64,000 bases of DNA from Eledone cirrhosa (taxonomy: Eukaryota): assembly GCA_964016885.1 (NCBI GenBank), contig OZ024741.1:257176001-257240000 (forward strand), written 5' to 3'. The translations under genes were made by a program, and so were the position numbers. The notes beneath the pieces were generated by a model that worked only from the letters and a program-made list of their open reading frames with translations, was not told the DNA's origin and made no database searches. Shown in pieces: positions 24,778 to 39,045 of this stretch (positions are counted from its first letter, which is position 1; each line of letters begins with the position of its first letter).

Positions 24778-27700
24778 GTTTCGCTTTACGAGTGTTTCGA
24801 CTTACGAGTGTTTCGACTTACGAGTGTTTCGGCTTACGAGTGTTTTGACTTACGAGTGTTTTGACTTACATGTTTTTCGACTTACGCGTGTTTCGACTTA
24901 CGAGTGTTTCGACTTGCGAGTGTTTCGACTACGGGTGTTTCGACTTACGAATGTTTTGACTTAAGGATGTTTTGACTTACGGGTGTTTCGGCTTACGAGT
25001 CTTTCGACTTACGAGTGTTCTGACTTACGAGTGTTCTGACTTACGAGTGTTCCGACTTACGAGTGTTTCGACTTACGAGTGTTTCGGCTAACGAGTGTTT
25101 CGACTTACGAGTGTTCTGACTACGAGTGTTCTGACTTACGGGTGTTCTGACTTACGAGTGTTCCGACTTACGAGTGTTTCGGCTTTCGAGTGTTTCGACT
25201 TACGAGTGTTTCGGGTTACGAGTGTTTCGACTTACGAATGTTTTCGCTTACGAGTGTTTCCGCTTACGAGTGTTTCGACTTACGAGTGTTTCGACTTACG
25301 AGTGTTTTGGCTTACGGTTTTTCGGCTTGCGAGTGTTTCGACATACGAGTGTTTTGACTTACGGGCGTTTCGACTTACGGGTGTTTCGACTTACGAGTGT
25401 TTCGACTTACGAGTGTTCTGACTTACGAGTGTTCTGTCTTGCGAGTGTTCCGACTTACGAGTGTTTCGGCTTACGAGTGTTTCGACATACGAGTGTTTTG
25501 ACTTACGGATGTTTCAACTTACGGGTGTTTCGACTTACGAGTGTTTCGACTTACGAGTGTTCTGACTACGAGTGTTCTGACTTACGGGTGCTCTGACTTA
25601 CGAGTGTTTCGACTTACGAGTGTTTCGACTTACGAGTGTTTCGGCTTACGAGTGTTTCGACTTACGAGTGTTTTGACTTACGAATGTTTTGACTTACGGG
25701 TGTTCCGGTTTACGAGTGTTTCGACTTACGAGTATTATGACTTACGAGTGTTCCGACTTACGGGTGTTTCGACTTACGAGTGTTTCGACATACGAGTATT
25801 TTCGGCTGACGAGTGTTTCGAGTTACGAGTGTTTTGACTTACGATTGTTTCGGCTTACGAGTGTTTCGACTTACGAGTGTTTTGATTTACGAGTGTTTTG
25901 ACTTACGGGTGTTTCGACTTACGCGTGTTTCGACTTACGAGTGTTTCGACTTACGAGTGTTTCGGCTTATGAGTGTTTCGAATTAGGAGTGTTTTGACTT
26001 ACGGGTGTTTTGACATACGAGTGTTTCGGTACGAGTGTTCTGACTTACGAGTGTTCTTACTTACGAGTGTTCTGACTTACAAGTGTTCTGACTAACGGGT
26101 GTTCTGACTTACGAGTGTTGCGACTTACGAGTGTTTCGGCTATGAGTGTTTTGACTTACGTGTGTTTCGACTTACGGGTGTTTCGACTTACGAGTGTTTC
26201 GACTTACGTGTGTTTCCGCTTACGAGTGTTTCGGCTTACGAGTGTTTCGAATCACGAGTGTTTTGGCTTACGAATGTTTTGACTTACGGGTGTTTCGGTG
26301 TACGAGTGTTTCGACTTAAGGATGTTTCGACTTACGAGTGTTTCGACTTACGAGTGTTTCGACTTACGAGTGTTTCGACTTACGAGTGTTTTGGCTTACG
26401 AATGTTTTGACTTAATGGTGTTTCGACTTACGGGTGTTTCGAATTACGAGTGTTTCGACTTACGAGTGTTTTGACTTACGAGTGTTCTGACTTACGAGTG
26501 TTCTGACTTACGAGTGTTTCGGCTTACGAGTGTTTCGGCTGACGAGTGTTTCGGCTTATGAGTGTTTTGACTTACGAGTGTTCTGACTACGAGTGTTCTG
26601 ACTTACGGGTTTTCTGACTTACGAGTGTTCCGACTTACGAGTGTTTCGGCTAATGAGTGTTTCGACTTACGGGTGTTTCGACTTACGAGTGTTTTGACTT
26701 ACGAGTGTTCTGACTTACGAGTGTTCTGACTTACGAGAGTACCGACTTACGACTGTTTCGACTTACGAGTGTTTTGACTTACGAGTGTTCCGACTTACGA
26801 GTGTTTCGGCTTACGGGTGTTTCGACGTACGAGTATTTTTGGCTTACGAGTGTTTCTACTTACGAGTGTTTTGAATTACGATTGTTTCGGCTTACGAGTG
26901 TTTGGACTTACGAGTATTTCGACTTACGAGTTTTTTTACTTACGGTGTTTCGGCTTACGAGTGTTTCGACTTATGAGTGTTCTGATTTACGGATGTTTCG
27001 ACATACGAGTGTTTTGACTTACGGTGTTTCGACTTACGAGTGTTTCGACTTACGAGTGTTTCGACTTACGGGTGTTTCGACTTACGAGTGTTTCGACATA
27101 CGAGTGTTTTGACTTACGGGTGTTTCGACTTACGAGTGTTTCGACTTACGAATGTTTTGACTTACGGGTGTTTCGGCTTACGAGTGTTTCGGCTTACGAG
27201 TGTTTCGACTTACGAGTGTTTCGGCTTACGAGTGTTTCGGCTTACAAGTGTTTCGGCTTACGAGTGGTTTGACTTACGAGTGTTCTGACTACGAGTGTTC
27301 TGTCTTACGAGTGTTTCGACTTACGAGTGTTTCGGCTTATGAGAGTTTCGACTTACGAGTGTTTCGGCTTACGAGTGTTTCGACTTACGAGTGTTTCGAC
27401 TTACGGGTGTTTCGACTTACGAGTGTTTCGACTACGAGTGTTTCGACTTACGAGTGTTTCGGCTTACAAGTGTTTCGACTTATGGGTGTTTCGACTTACG
27501 AGTGTTTTTACTTACGGTGTTTCGGCTTACGAGTGTTTCGACATACGAGTGTTTTGACTTACGGGTGTTTCGACTTACGAGTGTTTCGACTTACGAATGT
27601 TTTGACTTACGGGTGTTTCGGCTTACGAGTGTTTCGGCTTACGAGTGTTTCGACTTACGAGTGTTTCGGCTTACGAGTGTTTCGATTTATGAGTGTTTCG

Positions 27701-30530
27701 GCTTGCGAGTGTTTCGACTTACTAATGTTTTTACTTAAGAGTGTTTCGGCGTACGAGAGTTTTGACTTACGAGTGTTTCTACTTACGAGTGTTTCGACTT
27801 ACGAGTGTTTTGACTTACGAATGTTTTGACTGACGGGTGTTTCGGCTTACGAGTGTTTCGACTTACGAGTCTTTCGGCTTACGAGTGTTTCGACTTACTA
27901 ATGTTTTTACTTACGAGTGTTTCGGCGTACGAGTGTTTCGACTTACGAGTGTTTCGACTTACGGGTGTTTTGACTTACGGGTGTTTCGGCTTACGAGTGT
28001 TTCGACTTACGAGTGTTTCGACTTACGTGTGTTTCCGCTTACGAGTGTTTCGGCTTACGAGTGTTTCGAATTACGAGTGTTTCGGCTTACGAGTGTTTCG
28101 ACTTACGTGTGTTTCGACTTACGGGTGTTTCGACTTACGAGTGTTTCGACTTACGTGTGTTTCCGCTTACGAGTGTTTCGGCTTACGAGTGTTTCGAATT
28201 ACGAGTGTTTTGGCTTACGAATGTTTTGACTTACGGGTGTTTCGGTGTACGAGTGTTTCGACTTAAGGATGTTTCGACTTACGAGTGTTTCGACTTACGA
28301 GTGTTTCGACTTACGAGTGTTTCGACTTACGAGTGTTTGGGCTTACGAATGTTTTGACTTACGGGTGTTTCGACTTACGGGTGTTTCGGCTTACGAGTGT
28401 TTCGACTTACGAGTGTTCTGACTTACGAGTGTTCTGACTTACGAGTGTTCCGACTTACGAGTGTTCCGACTTACGAGTGTTTCGGCTTACGAGTGTTTCG
28501 GCTTACGAGTGTTTCAGCTTATGAGTGTTTTGACTTACGAGTGTTCTGACTGCGATTGTTCTGACTTACGGGTGTTCTGACTTACGAGTGTTCCGACTTA
28601 CGAGTGTTTCGGCTAATGAGTGTTTCGACTTACGGGCGTTTCGACTTACGGGTGTTTCGACTTACGAGTGTTTTAACTTACGAGTGTTCTGACGTACGAG
28701 TGTTCTGACTTACGAGAGTTCCGACTTACGACTGTTTCGAATTACGAGTGTTTTGACTTACGAGTGTTCCGACTTGCGAGTGTTTCGGCTTACGGGTGTT
28801 TCGACGTACGAGTATTTTTGGCTTACGAGTGTTTCTACTTACGAGTGTTTTGAGTACGATTGTTTCGGCTTACGAGTGTTTCGACTTACGAGTATTTCGA
28901 CTTACGAGTTTTTTTACTTACGGTGTTTCGGCTTACGAGTGTTTCGACTTATGAGTGATCTGATTTACGGATGTTTCGACATACGAGTGTTTTGACTTAC
29001 GGTGTTTCGACTTACGAGTGTTTCGACTTACTAATGTTTTTACTTACGAGTGTTTCGGCGTACGAGTGTTTCGACTTACGAGTGTTTCGACTTACGGGTG
29101 TTTTGACTTACGGGTGTTTCGGCTTACGAGTGTTTCGACTTACGAGTGTTTTGACTTAAGGGTGTTTCGACTTACGAGTATTTTTGGCTTAGGAGTGTTT
29201 CGACTTACGAGTGTTTTGACTTACGAGTGTTCTAATTTATGGATGTTTCGACATACGAGTGTTTTGACTTACGAGTGTTTCGACTTACGAGTGTTTCGAC
29301 TTACGAGTGTTTCGGCTTACGAGTGGTTTGACTTACGAGTGTTCTGACTACGAGTGTTTTGACTTACGAGTGTTTCGGCTTATGAGTGTTTCGACTTACG
29401 AGTGTTTCGGCTTATGAGTGTTTCGACTTACGAGTGTTTCGGTTTACGAGTGTTTCGACTTACGAGTGTTTCGACTTACGGGTGTTTCGACTGACGAGTG
29501 TTTCGACTACGAGTGTTTCGACTTACGAGTGTTTCGGCTTACGAGTGTTTCGACATACGGGTGTTTCGACTTACGATGTTTCGGCTTACGAGTGTTTCGA
29601 CTTACGAGTGTTCTGACTTACGAGTGTTCTGACTTATGAGTGTTCTGACTTACGAGTGTTCCGACTTACGAGTGTTTCGGCTTACGAGTGTTTCGGTTTA
29701 CGAGTGTTTCGACTTACGAGTGTTTCGACTTACGAGTGTTTCGACTTACGAGTGTTCTGACTTACGAGTGTTCTGACTTACGAGTGTTCCGACTTACGAG
29801 TGTTTCGGCTTACGAGTGTTTCGACTTACGAGTGTTCCGGCTTACGCATGTTCCGACTTACGAGTGTTTCGGCTTATGAGTGTTTCGACTTACGAGTGTT
29901 TCGGTTTATGAGTGTTTCGACTTACAAGTGTTTCGGCTTACGAGTGTTTCGACTTACGAGTGTTTCGACATACGGGTGTTTCGACTTACGAGTGTTTCGA
30001 CTACGAGTGTTTCGACTTACGAGTGTTTCGGCTTACGAGTGTTTCGACATACGGGTGTTTCGACTTACGGTGTTTCGGATTACGAGTGTTTCGACTTACG
30101 AGTGTTCTGACTTACGAGTGTTCTGACTTATGAGTGTTCTGACTTACGAGTGTTCCGACTTACGAGTGTTTCGGCTTACCAGTGTTTCGGCTTACGAGTG
30201 TTTCGACTTACGAGTGTTTCGACTTACGAGTGTTTCGACTTACGAGTGTTTCGACTTATGAGTGTTTTGACTTACGGTGTTTCGGCTTACGAGTGTTTCG
30301 ACTTACGAGTGTTTTGACTTACTGGTGTTTTGACATACGAGTGTTTCGATACGAGTGTTTCGACTTACGAGTGTTCTGACTTACGAGTGTTCTGACTTAC
30401 GAGTGTTCTGACTTACGAGTGTTCTAACTTACGAGTGTTCTGACTTACGAGTGTTCTGACTTACGAGTGTTCCGACTTACGAGTGTTTCGGCTCACGAGT
30501 GTTTCGGCTTACGAGTGTTTCGACTTACGA

Positions 30531-30599
30531 AAATAACAAATAGACGCGGTTTCAAATCTCTATGCTTTTCAAATTCATTACATTAATCTTTATTTATAC
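30531..30599 (+). repeat. 69-bp insert, copy 6 (variant D)
   Basis: ataacaaa...aattcattac. Confidence 0.95.
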
Positions 30600-33500
30600 G
30601 TTTCGCTTTACGAGTATTTCGACTTACGAGTGTTTCGACTTACGAGTGTTTCGGCTTACGAGTGTTTTGACTTACGAGTGTTTTGACTTACATGTGTTTC
30701 GACTTACGCGTGTTTCGACTTACGAGTGTTTCGACTTGCGAGTGTTTCGACTACGGGTGTTTCGACTTACGAATGTTTTGACTTACGGATGTTTTGACTT
30801 ACGGGTGTTTCGGCTTACGAGTGTTTCGATTTATGAGTGTTTCGGCTTGCGAGTGTTTCGACTTACTAATGTTTTTACTTAAGAGTGTTTCGGCGTACGA
30901 GAGTTTTGACTTACGAGTGTTTCTACTTACGAGTGTTTCGACTTACGAGTGTTTTGACTTACGAATGTTTTGACTGACGGGTGTTTCGGCTTACGAGTGT
31001 TTCGTCTTACGAGTCTTTCGGCTTACGAGTGTTTCGACTTACTAATGTTTTTACTTACGAGTGTTTCGGCGTACGAGTGTTTCGACTTACGAGTGTTTCG
31101 ACTTACGGGTGTTTTGACTTACGGGTGTTTCGGCTTATGAGTGTTTCGACTTACGAGTGTTTCGACTTACGTGTGTTTCCGCTTACGAGTGTTTCGGCTT
31201 ACGAGTGTTTCGAATTACGAGTGTTTCGGCTTACGAGTGTTTCGACTTACGTGTGTTTCGACTTACGGGTGTTTCGACTTACGAGTGTTTCGACTTACGT
31301 GTGTTTCCGCTTACGAGTGTTTCGGCTTACGAGTGTTTCGAATTACGAGTGTTTTGGCTTACGAATGTTTTGACTTACGGGTGTTTCGGTGTACGAGTGT
31401 TTCGACTTAAGGATGTTTCGACTTACGAGTGTTTCGACTTACGAGTGTTTCGACTTACGAGTGTTTCGACTTACGAGTGTTTTGGCTTACGAATGTTTTG
31501 ACTTACGGGTGTTTCGACTTACGGGTGTTTCGGCTTACGAGTGTTTCGACTTACGAGTGTTTTGACTTACGAGTGTTCTGACTTACGAGTGTTCTGACTT
31601 ACGAGTGTTCCGACTTACGAGTGTTTCGGCTTACGAGTGTTTCGGCTTACGAGTGTTTCGGCTTATGAGTGTTTTGACTTACGAGTGTTCTGACTACGAG
31701 TGTTCTGACTTACGGGTGTTCTGACTTACGAGTGTTCCGACTTACGAGTGTTTCGGCTAATGAGTGTTTCGACTTACGGGCGTTTCGACTTACGGGTGTT
31801 TCGACTTACGAGTGTTTTGACTTACGAGTGTTCTGACTTACGAGTGTTCTGACTTACGAGAGTTCCGACTTACGAGTGTTTCGAATTACGAGTGTTTTGA
31901 CTTACGAGTGTTCCGACTTGCGAGTGTTTCGGCTTACGGGTGTTTCGACGTACGAGTATTTTTGGCTTACGAGTGTTTCTACTTACGAGTGTTTTGAATT
32001 ACGATTGTTTCGGCTTACGAGTGTTTCGAGTTACGAGTATTTCGACTTACGAGTTTTTTTACTTACGGTGTTTCGGCTTACGAGTGTTTCGACTTATGAG
32101 TGATCTGATTTACGGATGTTTCGACATACGAGTGTTTTGACTTACGGTGTTTCGACTTACGAGTGTTTCGACTTACTAATGTTTTTACTTACGAGTGTTT
32201 CGGCGTACGAGTGTTTCGACTTACGAGTGTTTCGACTTACGGGTGTTTTGACTTACGGGTGTTTCGGCTTACGAGGGTTTCGACTTACGAGTGTTTTGAC
32301 TTAAGGGTGTTTCGACTTACGAGTATTTTTGGCTTACGAGTGTTTCGACTTACGAGTGTTTTGACTTACGAGTGTTCTAATTTATGGATGCTTCGACATA
32401 CGAGTGTTTTGACTTACGAGTGTTTCGACTTACGAGTGTTTCGACTTACGAGTGTTTCGGCTTACGAGTGGTTTGACTTACGAGTGTTCTGACTACGAGT
32501 GTTTTGACTTACGAGTGTTTCGGCTTATGAGTGTTTCGACTTACGAGTGTTTCGGCTTATGAGTGTTTCGACTTACGAGTGTTTCGGTTTACGAGTGTTT
32601 CGACTTACGAGTGTTTCGACTTACGGGTGTTTCGACTGACGAGTGTTTCGACTACGAGTGTTTCGACTTACGAGTGTTTCGGCGTACGAGTGTTTCGACA
32701 TACGGGTGTTTCGACTTACGATGTTTCGGCTTACGAGTGTTTCGACTTACGAGTGTTCTGACTTACGAGTGTTCTGACTTATGAGTGTTCTGACTTACGA
32801 GTGTTCCGACTTACGAGTGTTTCGGCTTACGAGTGTTTCGGTTTACGAGTGTTTCGACTTACGAGTGTTTCGACTTACGAGTGTTTCGACTTACGAGTGT
32901 TTTGACATACGGTGTTTCGGCTTACGAGTGTTTCGACATACGGGTGTTTCGAATTACGGGTGTTTCGACTTAAGAGTGTTTCGACTTACGAGCGCTTCGA
33001 CTAACGAGTGTTCTGACTTACGAGTGTTCCGACTTACGAGTGTTTCTGCTTACGAGTGTTTCGACTTACGAGTGTTTCGACTTACGAGTGTTTCGGCGTA
33101 CGAGTGTTTTGACTTACGAGTGTTTCGACTTACGAGTGTTTCGACTTACGAGTGCTTTGACTTACGAATGTTTTGACTTACTTCGACTTACGAGTGATCT
33201 GACTTACGAGTGTTCCTACTTACAAGTGTTTCGACTTACGAGTGTTTCGACTTGCGAGTGTTTCGACTTACGAGTGTTTCGACTTACGAGTGTTCTGACT
33301 TACGAGTGTTCTGACTTACGAGTGTTCCGACTTACGAGTGTTTCGGCTTACGAGTGTTTCGACTTACGAGTGTTCCGGCTTACGCATGTTCCGACTTACG
33401 AGTGTTTCGGCTTATGAGTGTTTCGACTTACGAGTGTTTCGGTTTATGAGTGTTTCGACTTACGAGTGTTTCGGCTTACGAGTGTTTCGACTTACGAGTG

Positions 33501-34068
33501 TTTCGACATACGGGTGTTTCGACTTACGAGTGTTTCGACTACGAGTGTTTCGACTTACGAGTGTTTCGGCTTACGAGTGTTTCGACATACGGGTGTTTCG
33601 ACTTACGGTGTTTCGGATTACGAGTGTTTCGACTTACGAGTGTTCTGACTTACGAGTGTTCTGACTTATGAGTGTTCTGACTTACGAGTGTTCCGACTTA
33701 CGAGTGTTTCGGCTTACCAGTGTTTCGGCTTACGAGTGTTTCGACTTACGAGTGTTTCGACTTACGAGTGTTTCGACTTACGAGTGTTTCGAATTATGAG
33801 TGTTTTGACTTACGGTGTTTCGGCTTACGAGTGTTTCGACTTACGAGTGTTTTGACTTACTGGTGTTTTGACATACGAGTGTTTCGATACGAGTGTTTCG
33901 ACTTACGAGTGTTCTGACTTACGAGTGTTCTGACTTACGAGTGTTCTGACTTACGAGTGTTCTAACTTACGAGTGTTCTGACTTACGAGTGTTCTGACTT
34001 ACGAGTGTTCCGACTTACGAGTGTTTCGGCTCACGAGTGTTTCGGCTTACGAGTGTTTCGACTTACGA

Positions 34069-34137
34069 AAATAACAAATAGACGCGGTTTCAAATCTCTA
34101 TGCTTTTCAAATTCATTACATTAATCTTTATTTATAC
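34069..34137 (+). repeat. 69-bp insert, copy 7 (variant D)
   Basis: ataacaaa...aattcattac. Confidence 0.95.
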
Positions 34138-37100
34138 GTTTCGCTTTACGAGTGTTTCGACTTACGAGTGTTTCGACTTACGAGTGTTTCGGCTTACGAG
34201 TGTTTTGACTTACGAGTGTTTTGACTTACATGTGTTTCGACTTACGCGTGTTTCGACTTACGAGTGTTTCGACTTGCGAGTGTTTCGACTACGGGTGTTT
34301 CGACTTACGAATGTTTTGACTTACGGATGTTTTGACTTACGGGTGTTTCGGCTTACGAGTGTTTCGACTTACGAGTGTTCTGACTTACGAGTGTTCTGAC
34401 TTACGAGTGTTCCGACTTACGAGTGTTTCGACTTAAGAGTGTTTCGGATTACGAGTGCTTCGACTTACAAGTGTTTCGGCTAACGAGTGTTTCGACTTAC
34501 GAGTATTCTGACTACGAGTGTTCTGATTTACGGGTGTTCTGACTTACGAGTGTTCCGACTTACGAGTGTTTCGGCTTTCGAGTGTTTCGACTTACGAGTG
34601 TTTCGGGTTACGAGTGTTTCGACTTACGAATGTTTTAGCTTACGAGTGTTTCCGCTTACGAGTGTTTCGACTTACGAGTGTTTCGACTTACGAGTGTTTT
34701 GACTTACAGTTTTTCGGCTTGCGAGTGTTTCGACATACGAGTGTTTTGACTTACGGGCGTTTCGACTTACGGGTGTTTCGACTTGCGAGTGTTTCGACTT
34801 ACGAGTGTTCTGACTTACGAGTGTTCTGACTTACGAGTGTTCCGACTTACGAGTGTTTCGGCTTACGAGTGTTTCGACATACGAGTGTTTTGACTTACGG
34901 ATGTTTCAACTTACGGGTGTTTCGACTTACGAGTGTTTCGACTTACGAGTGTTCTGACTACGAGTGTTTCGACTTACGAGTGTTTCGGCTTACGAGTGTT
35001 TCGACTTACGAGTGTTTTGACTTAGGAATGTTTTGCCTTACGGGTGTTCCGGTTTACGAGTGTTTCGACTTACGAGTATTCTGACTTACGAGTGTTCCGA
35101 CTTACGGGTGTTTCGACTTACGAGTGTTTCGACTTACGAGTGTTCCGACCTATGAGGGTTTCGGCTTACTGGTGTTCCGACTTACGAGTATTTTCGGCTG
35201 ACGAGTGTTTCGAGTTACGAGTGTTTTGACTTACGGGTGTTTCGACTTACGCGTGTTTCGACTTACGAGTGTTTCGACTTACGAGTGTTTCGGCTTATGA
35301 GTGTTTCGAATTACGAGTGTTTTGACTTACGGGTGTTTTGACATACGAGTGTTTCGGTACGAGTGTTCTGACTTACGAGTGTTCTGACTTACGAGTGTTC
35401 TGACTTACGAGTGTTCTGACTTACGGGTGTTCTGACTTACGAGTGTTCCGACTTACGAGTGTTTCGGCTATGAGTGTTTTGACTTACGGGTGTTTCGACT
35501 TACGGGTGTTTCAACTTACGAGTGTTTCGACTTACGTGTGTTTCCGCTTACGAGTGTTTCGGCTTACGAGTGTTTCGAATTACGAGTGTTTTGGCTTACG
35601 AATGTTTTGACTTACGGGTGTTTCGGTGTACGAGTGTTTCGACTTAAGGATGTTTCGACTTACGAGTGTTTCGACTTACAAGTGTTTCGACTTACGAGTG
35701 TTTCGACTTACGAGTGTTTTGGCTTACGAATGTTTTGACTTACGGGTGTTTCGACTTACGGGTGTTTCGGCTTACGAGTGTTTCGACTTACGAGTGTTTT
35801 GACTTACGAGTGTTCTGACTTACGAGTGTTCTGACTTACGAGTGTTCCGACTTACGAGTGTTCCGACTTACGAGTGTTTCAGCTTACGAGTGTTTCGGCT
35901 TACGAGTGTTTCGGCTTACGAGTGTTTTGACTTACGAGTGTTCTGACTACGAGTGTTCTGACTTACGGGTGTTCTGACTTACGAGTGTTCCGACTTACGA
36001 GTGTTTCGGCTAATGAGTGTTTCGACTTACGGGCGTTTCGACTTACGGGTGTTTCGACTTACGAGTGTTTTGACTTACGAGAGTTCTGACTTACGAGTGT
36101 TCTGACTTACGAGAGTTCCGACTTACGACTGTTTCGACTTACGAGTGTTTTGACTTACGAGTGTTCCGACTTACGAGTGTTTCGGCTTACGGGTGTTTCG
36201 ACGTACGAGTATTTTTGGCTTACGAGTGTTTCTACTTACGAGTGTTTTGAATTACGATTGTTTCGGCTTACGAGTGTTTCGACTTATGAGTGTTCTGATT
36301 TACGGATGTTTCGACATACGAGTGTTTTGACTTACGGTGTTTCGACTTACGAGTGTTTCGACTTACGAGTGTTTCGACTTACGGGTGTTTCGACTTACGA
36401 GTGTTTCGACTTACGAGTGTTTCGACTTACGGGTGTTTCGGCTTACGAGTGTTTCGACTTACGAGTGTTCTGACTTACGAGTGTTCTGACTTACGAGTGT
36501 TCCGGCTTACGAGTGTTTCTACTTACGAGTGTTTCGACTTACGGGTGTTTTGACTTACGGGTGTTTCGGCTTACGAGTGTTTCGACTTACGAGTGTTTTG
36601 ACTTAAGGGTGTTTCGACTTACGAGTATTTTTGGCTTACGAGTGTTTCGACTTACGAGTGTTTTGACTTACGAGTGTTCTAATTTTCGGATGTTTCGACA
36701 TACGAGTGTTTTGACTTACGAGTGTTTCGACTTACGAGTATTTCGACTTACGAGTGTTTCGGCTTACGAGTGGTTTGACTTACGTGTGTTCTGACTACGA
36801 GTGTTTTGACTTACGAGTGTTTCGGCTTATGAGTGTTTCAACTTACGAGTGTTTCGGCTTATGAGTGTTTCGACTTACGAGTGTTTCGGTTTACGAGTGT
36901 TTCGACTTACGATTGTTTCGACTTACGGGTGTTTCGACTTACGAATGTTTCGACTACGAGTGTTTCGACTTACGAGTGTTTCGGCTTACGAGTGTTTCGA
37001 CATACGGGTGTTTCGACTTACGATGTTTCGGCTTACGAGTGTTTCGACTTACGAGTGTTCTGACTTACGAGTGTTCTGACTTATGAGTGTTCTGACTTAC

Positions 37101-38306
37101 GAGTGTTCCGACTTAAGAGTGTTTCGGCTTACGAGTGTTTCGGCTTACGAGTGTTTCGACTTACGAGTGTTTCGACTTACGAGTGTTTCGACTTACGACT
37201 GTTTCGACTTACGAGTGTTTTGACATACGGTGTTTCGGCTTACGAGTGTTTCGACATACGAGTGTTTTGACTTACGGGTGTTTCGACTTTCGGGTGTTTC
37301 GACTTAAGAGTGTTTCGACTTACGAGCGCTTCGACTTACGAGTGTTCTGACTTACGAGTGTTCCGACTTACGAGTGTTTCTGCTTACGAGTGTTCCGACT
37401 TACGAGTGTTTCGACTTACGAGTGTTTCGGCGTACGAATGTTTTGACTTACGGTGTTTCGACTTACGAGTGTTTCGACTTACGAGTGTTTTGACTTACCT
37501 TTGTTTTGACATACGAGTGTTTCGACTTACGAGTGTTCTGACTTACGAGTGTTCTGACTTACGAGTGTTCTGACTTACGAGTGTTCTAACTTACGAGTGT
37601 TCTGACTTACGAGTGTTCTGACTTACGAGTGTTCCGACTTACGAGTGTTTCGGCTCACGAGTGTTTCGGCTTACGAGTGTTTCGACTTACGAAAATAACA
37701 AATAGACGCGGTTTCAAATCTCTATGCTTTTCAAATTCATTACATTAATCTTTATTTATACGTTTCGCTTTACGAGTGTTTCGACTTACGAGTGTTTCGA
37801 CTTACGAGTGTTTCGGCTTACGAGTGTTTTGACTTACGAGTGTTTTGACTTACATGTGTTTCGACTTACGCGTGTTTCGACTTACGAGTGTTTCGACTTG
37901 CGAGTGTTTCGACTACGGGTGTTTCGACTTACGAATGTTTTGACTTACGGATGTTTTGACTTACGGGTGTTTCGGCTTACGAGTGTTTCGACTTACGAGT
38001 GTTTTGACATACGGTGTTTCGGCTTACGAGCGTTTCGACATACGAGTGTTTTGACTTACGGGTGTTTCGACTTACGGGTGTTTCGACTTAAGAGTGTTTC
38101 GACTTACGAGCGCTTCGACTTACGAGTGTTCTGACTTACGAGTGTTCCGACTTACGAGTGTTTCTGCTTACGAGTGTTTCGACTTACGAGTGTTTGGGCT
38201 TACGAGTGTTTCAGTGTTTCGGCTTACGTGTGTTTCGACTTACGAGTGTTTCGATTTACGAGTGTTTCGGCTTACGAGTGTTTCGGCTTACGAGTGTTTC
38301 GGCTTA

Positions 38307-39045
38307 TTATATATAAACGTTTCTATTTCCATCGTTTTATCGTAAACGTTTATATATTTCCATCGTTATATCATAACGTTTATATTTCCGTCACTAATCT
38401 CTTTTTCTCCTTTTTCGTTGTAACATATATTTATTTCAAAGATTTCACCGTATAGATAACATATATATTTATACATGCATAAAAGACACACTGAGAGACG
38501 GTGAACATGTGGTGCCAAAAACATTTCTAATCCAAATCTCAACAATATCAGTATATACACTAGATTTGCTAGCAGAAAACCGCCCACCGGGTGGTTTTCT
38601 GCTAGTCTATATATATAAAACTGAGGATGTCTGTCTGTGTGTGAGTTTGAATCCCTAAAACTCGAGAACCACCCAACCGACTGTTTTCAAACTTTACACA
38701 TGTAATACTTACGTTTCAGGGAGTGTTCTGAGCAAAAAATATTTCAAATTTTCAATGCCCTAGGGACCACATTAGGCGATTTAGCGATCTCTCTCTATAA
38801 TTCTTAGTCTTTCTCTTTTTAGATAGATACATACATATAACGTCGTGCCCTTATAATATCTGTCTGTATGTCTGGCTGTCTGCATTACGTCACTTCCCTG
38901 AGGATGTCTGTCTGTGTGTGTGTCTGTGAGTTTGAATCCCTAAAATGCGAGAAGTACCCAACCGATTTTTTTCAAACTTTACATGTGTATTACTTATGTT
39001 TCAGGGAGTGTTTGTTATGCACATAAAATTCAACCTTTTGATCTG
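38307..39045 (+). mobile_element. ~739-bp island, copy 3 (putative Helitron head-to-tail junction)
   Basis: Same sequence, second haplotype. Hairpin 38569-38605, TC at 38606. Confidence 0.7.

Noticed and set aside
38366-38587. 73-aa minus-strand ORF in islands 3-6 (also 42342, 46366, 50373)
   Set aside because: It is short, starts at a GTG inside the hairpin and has AT-driven low-complexity composition. It is absent from the ORF track for islands 1-2, where a substitution creates a stop. No recognisable domain.
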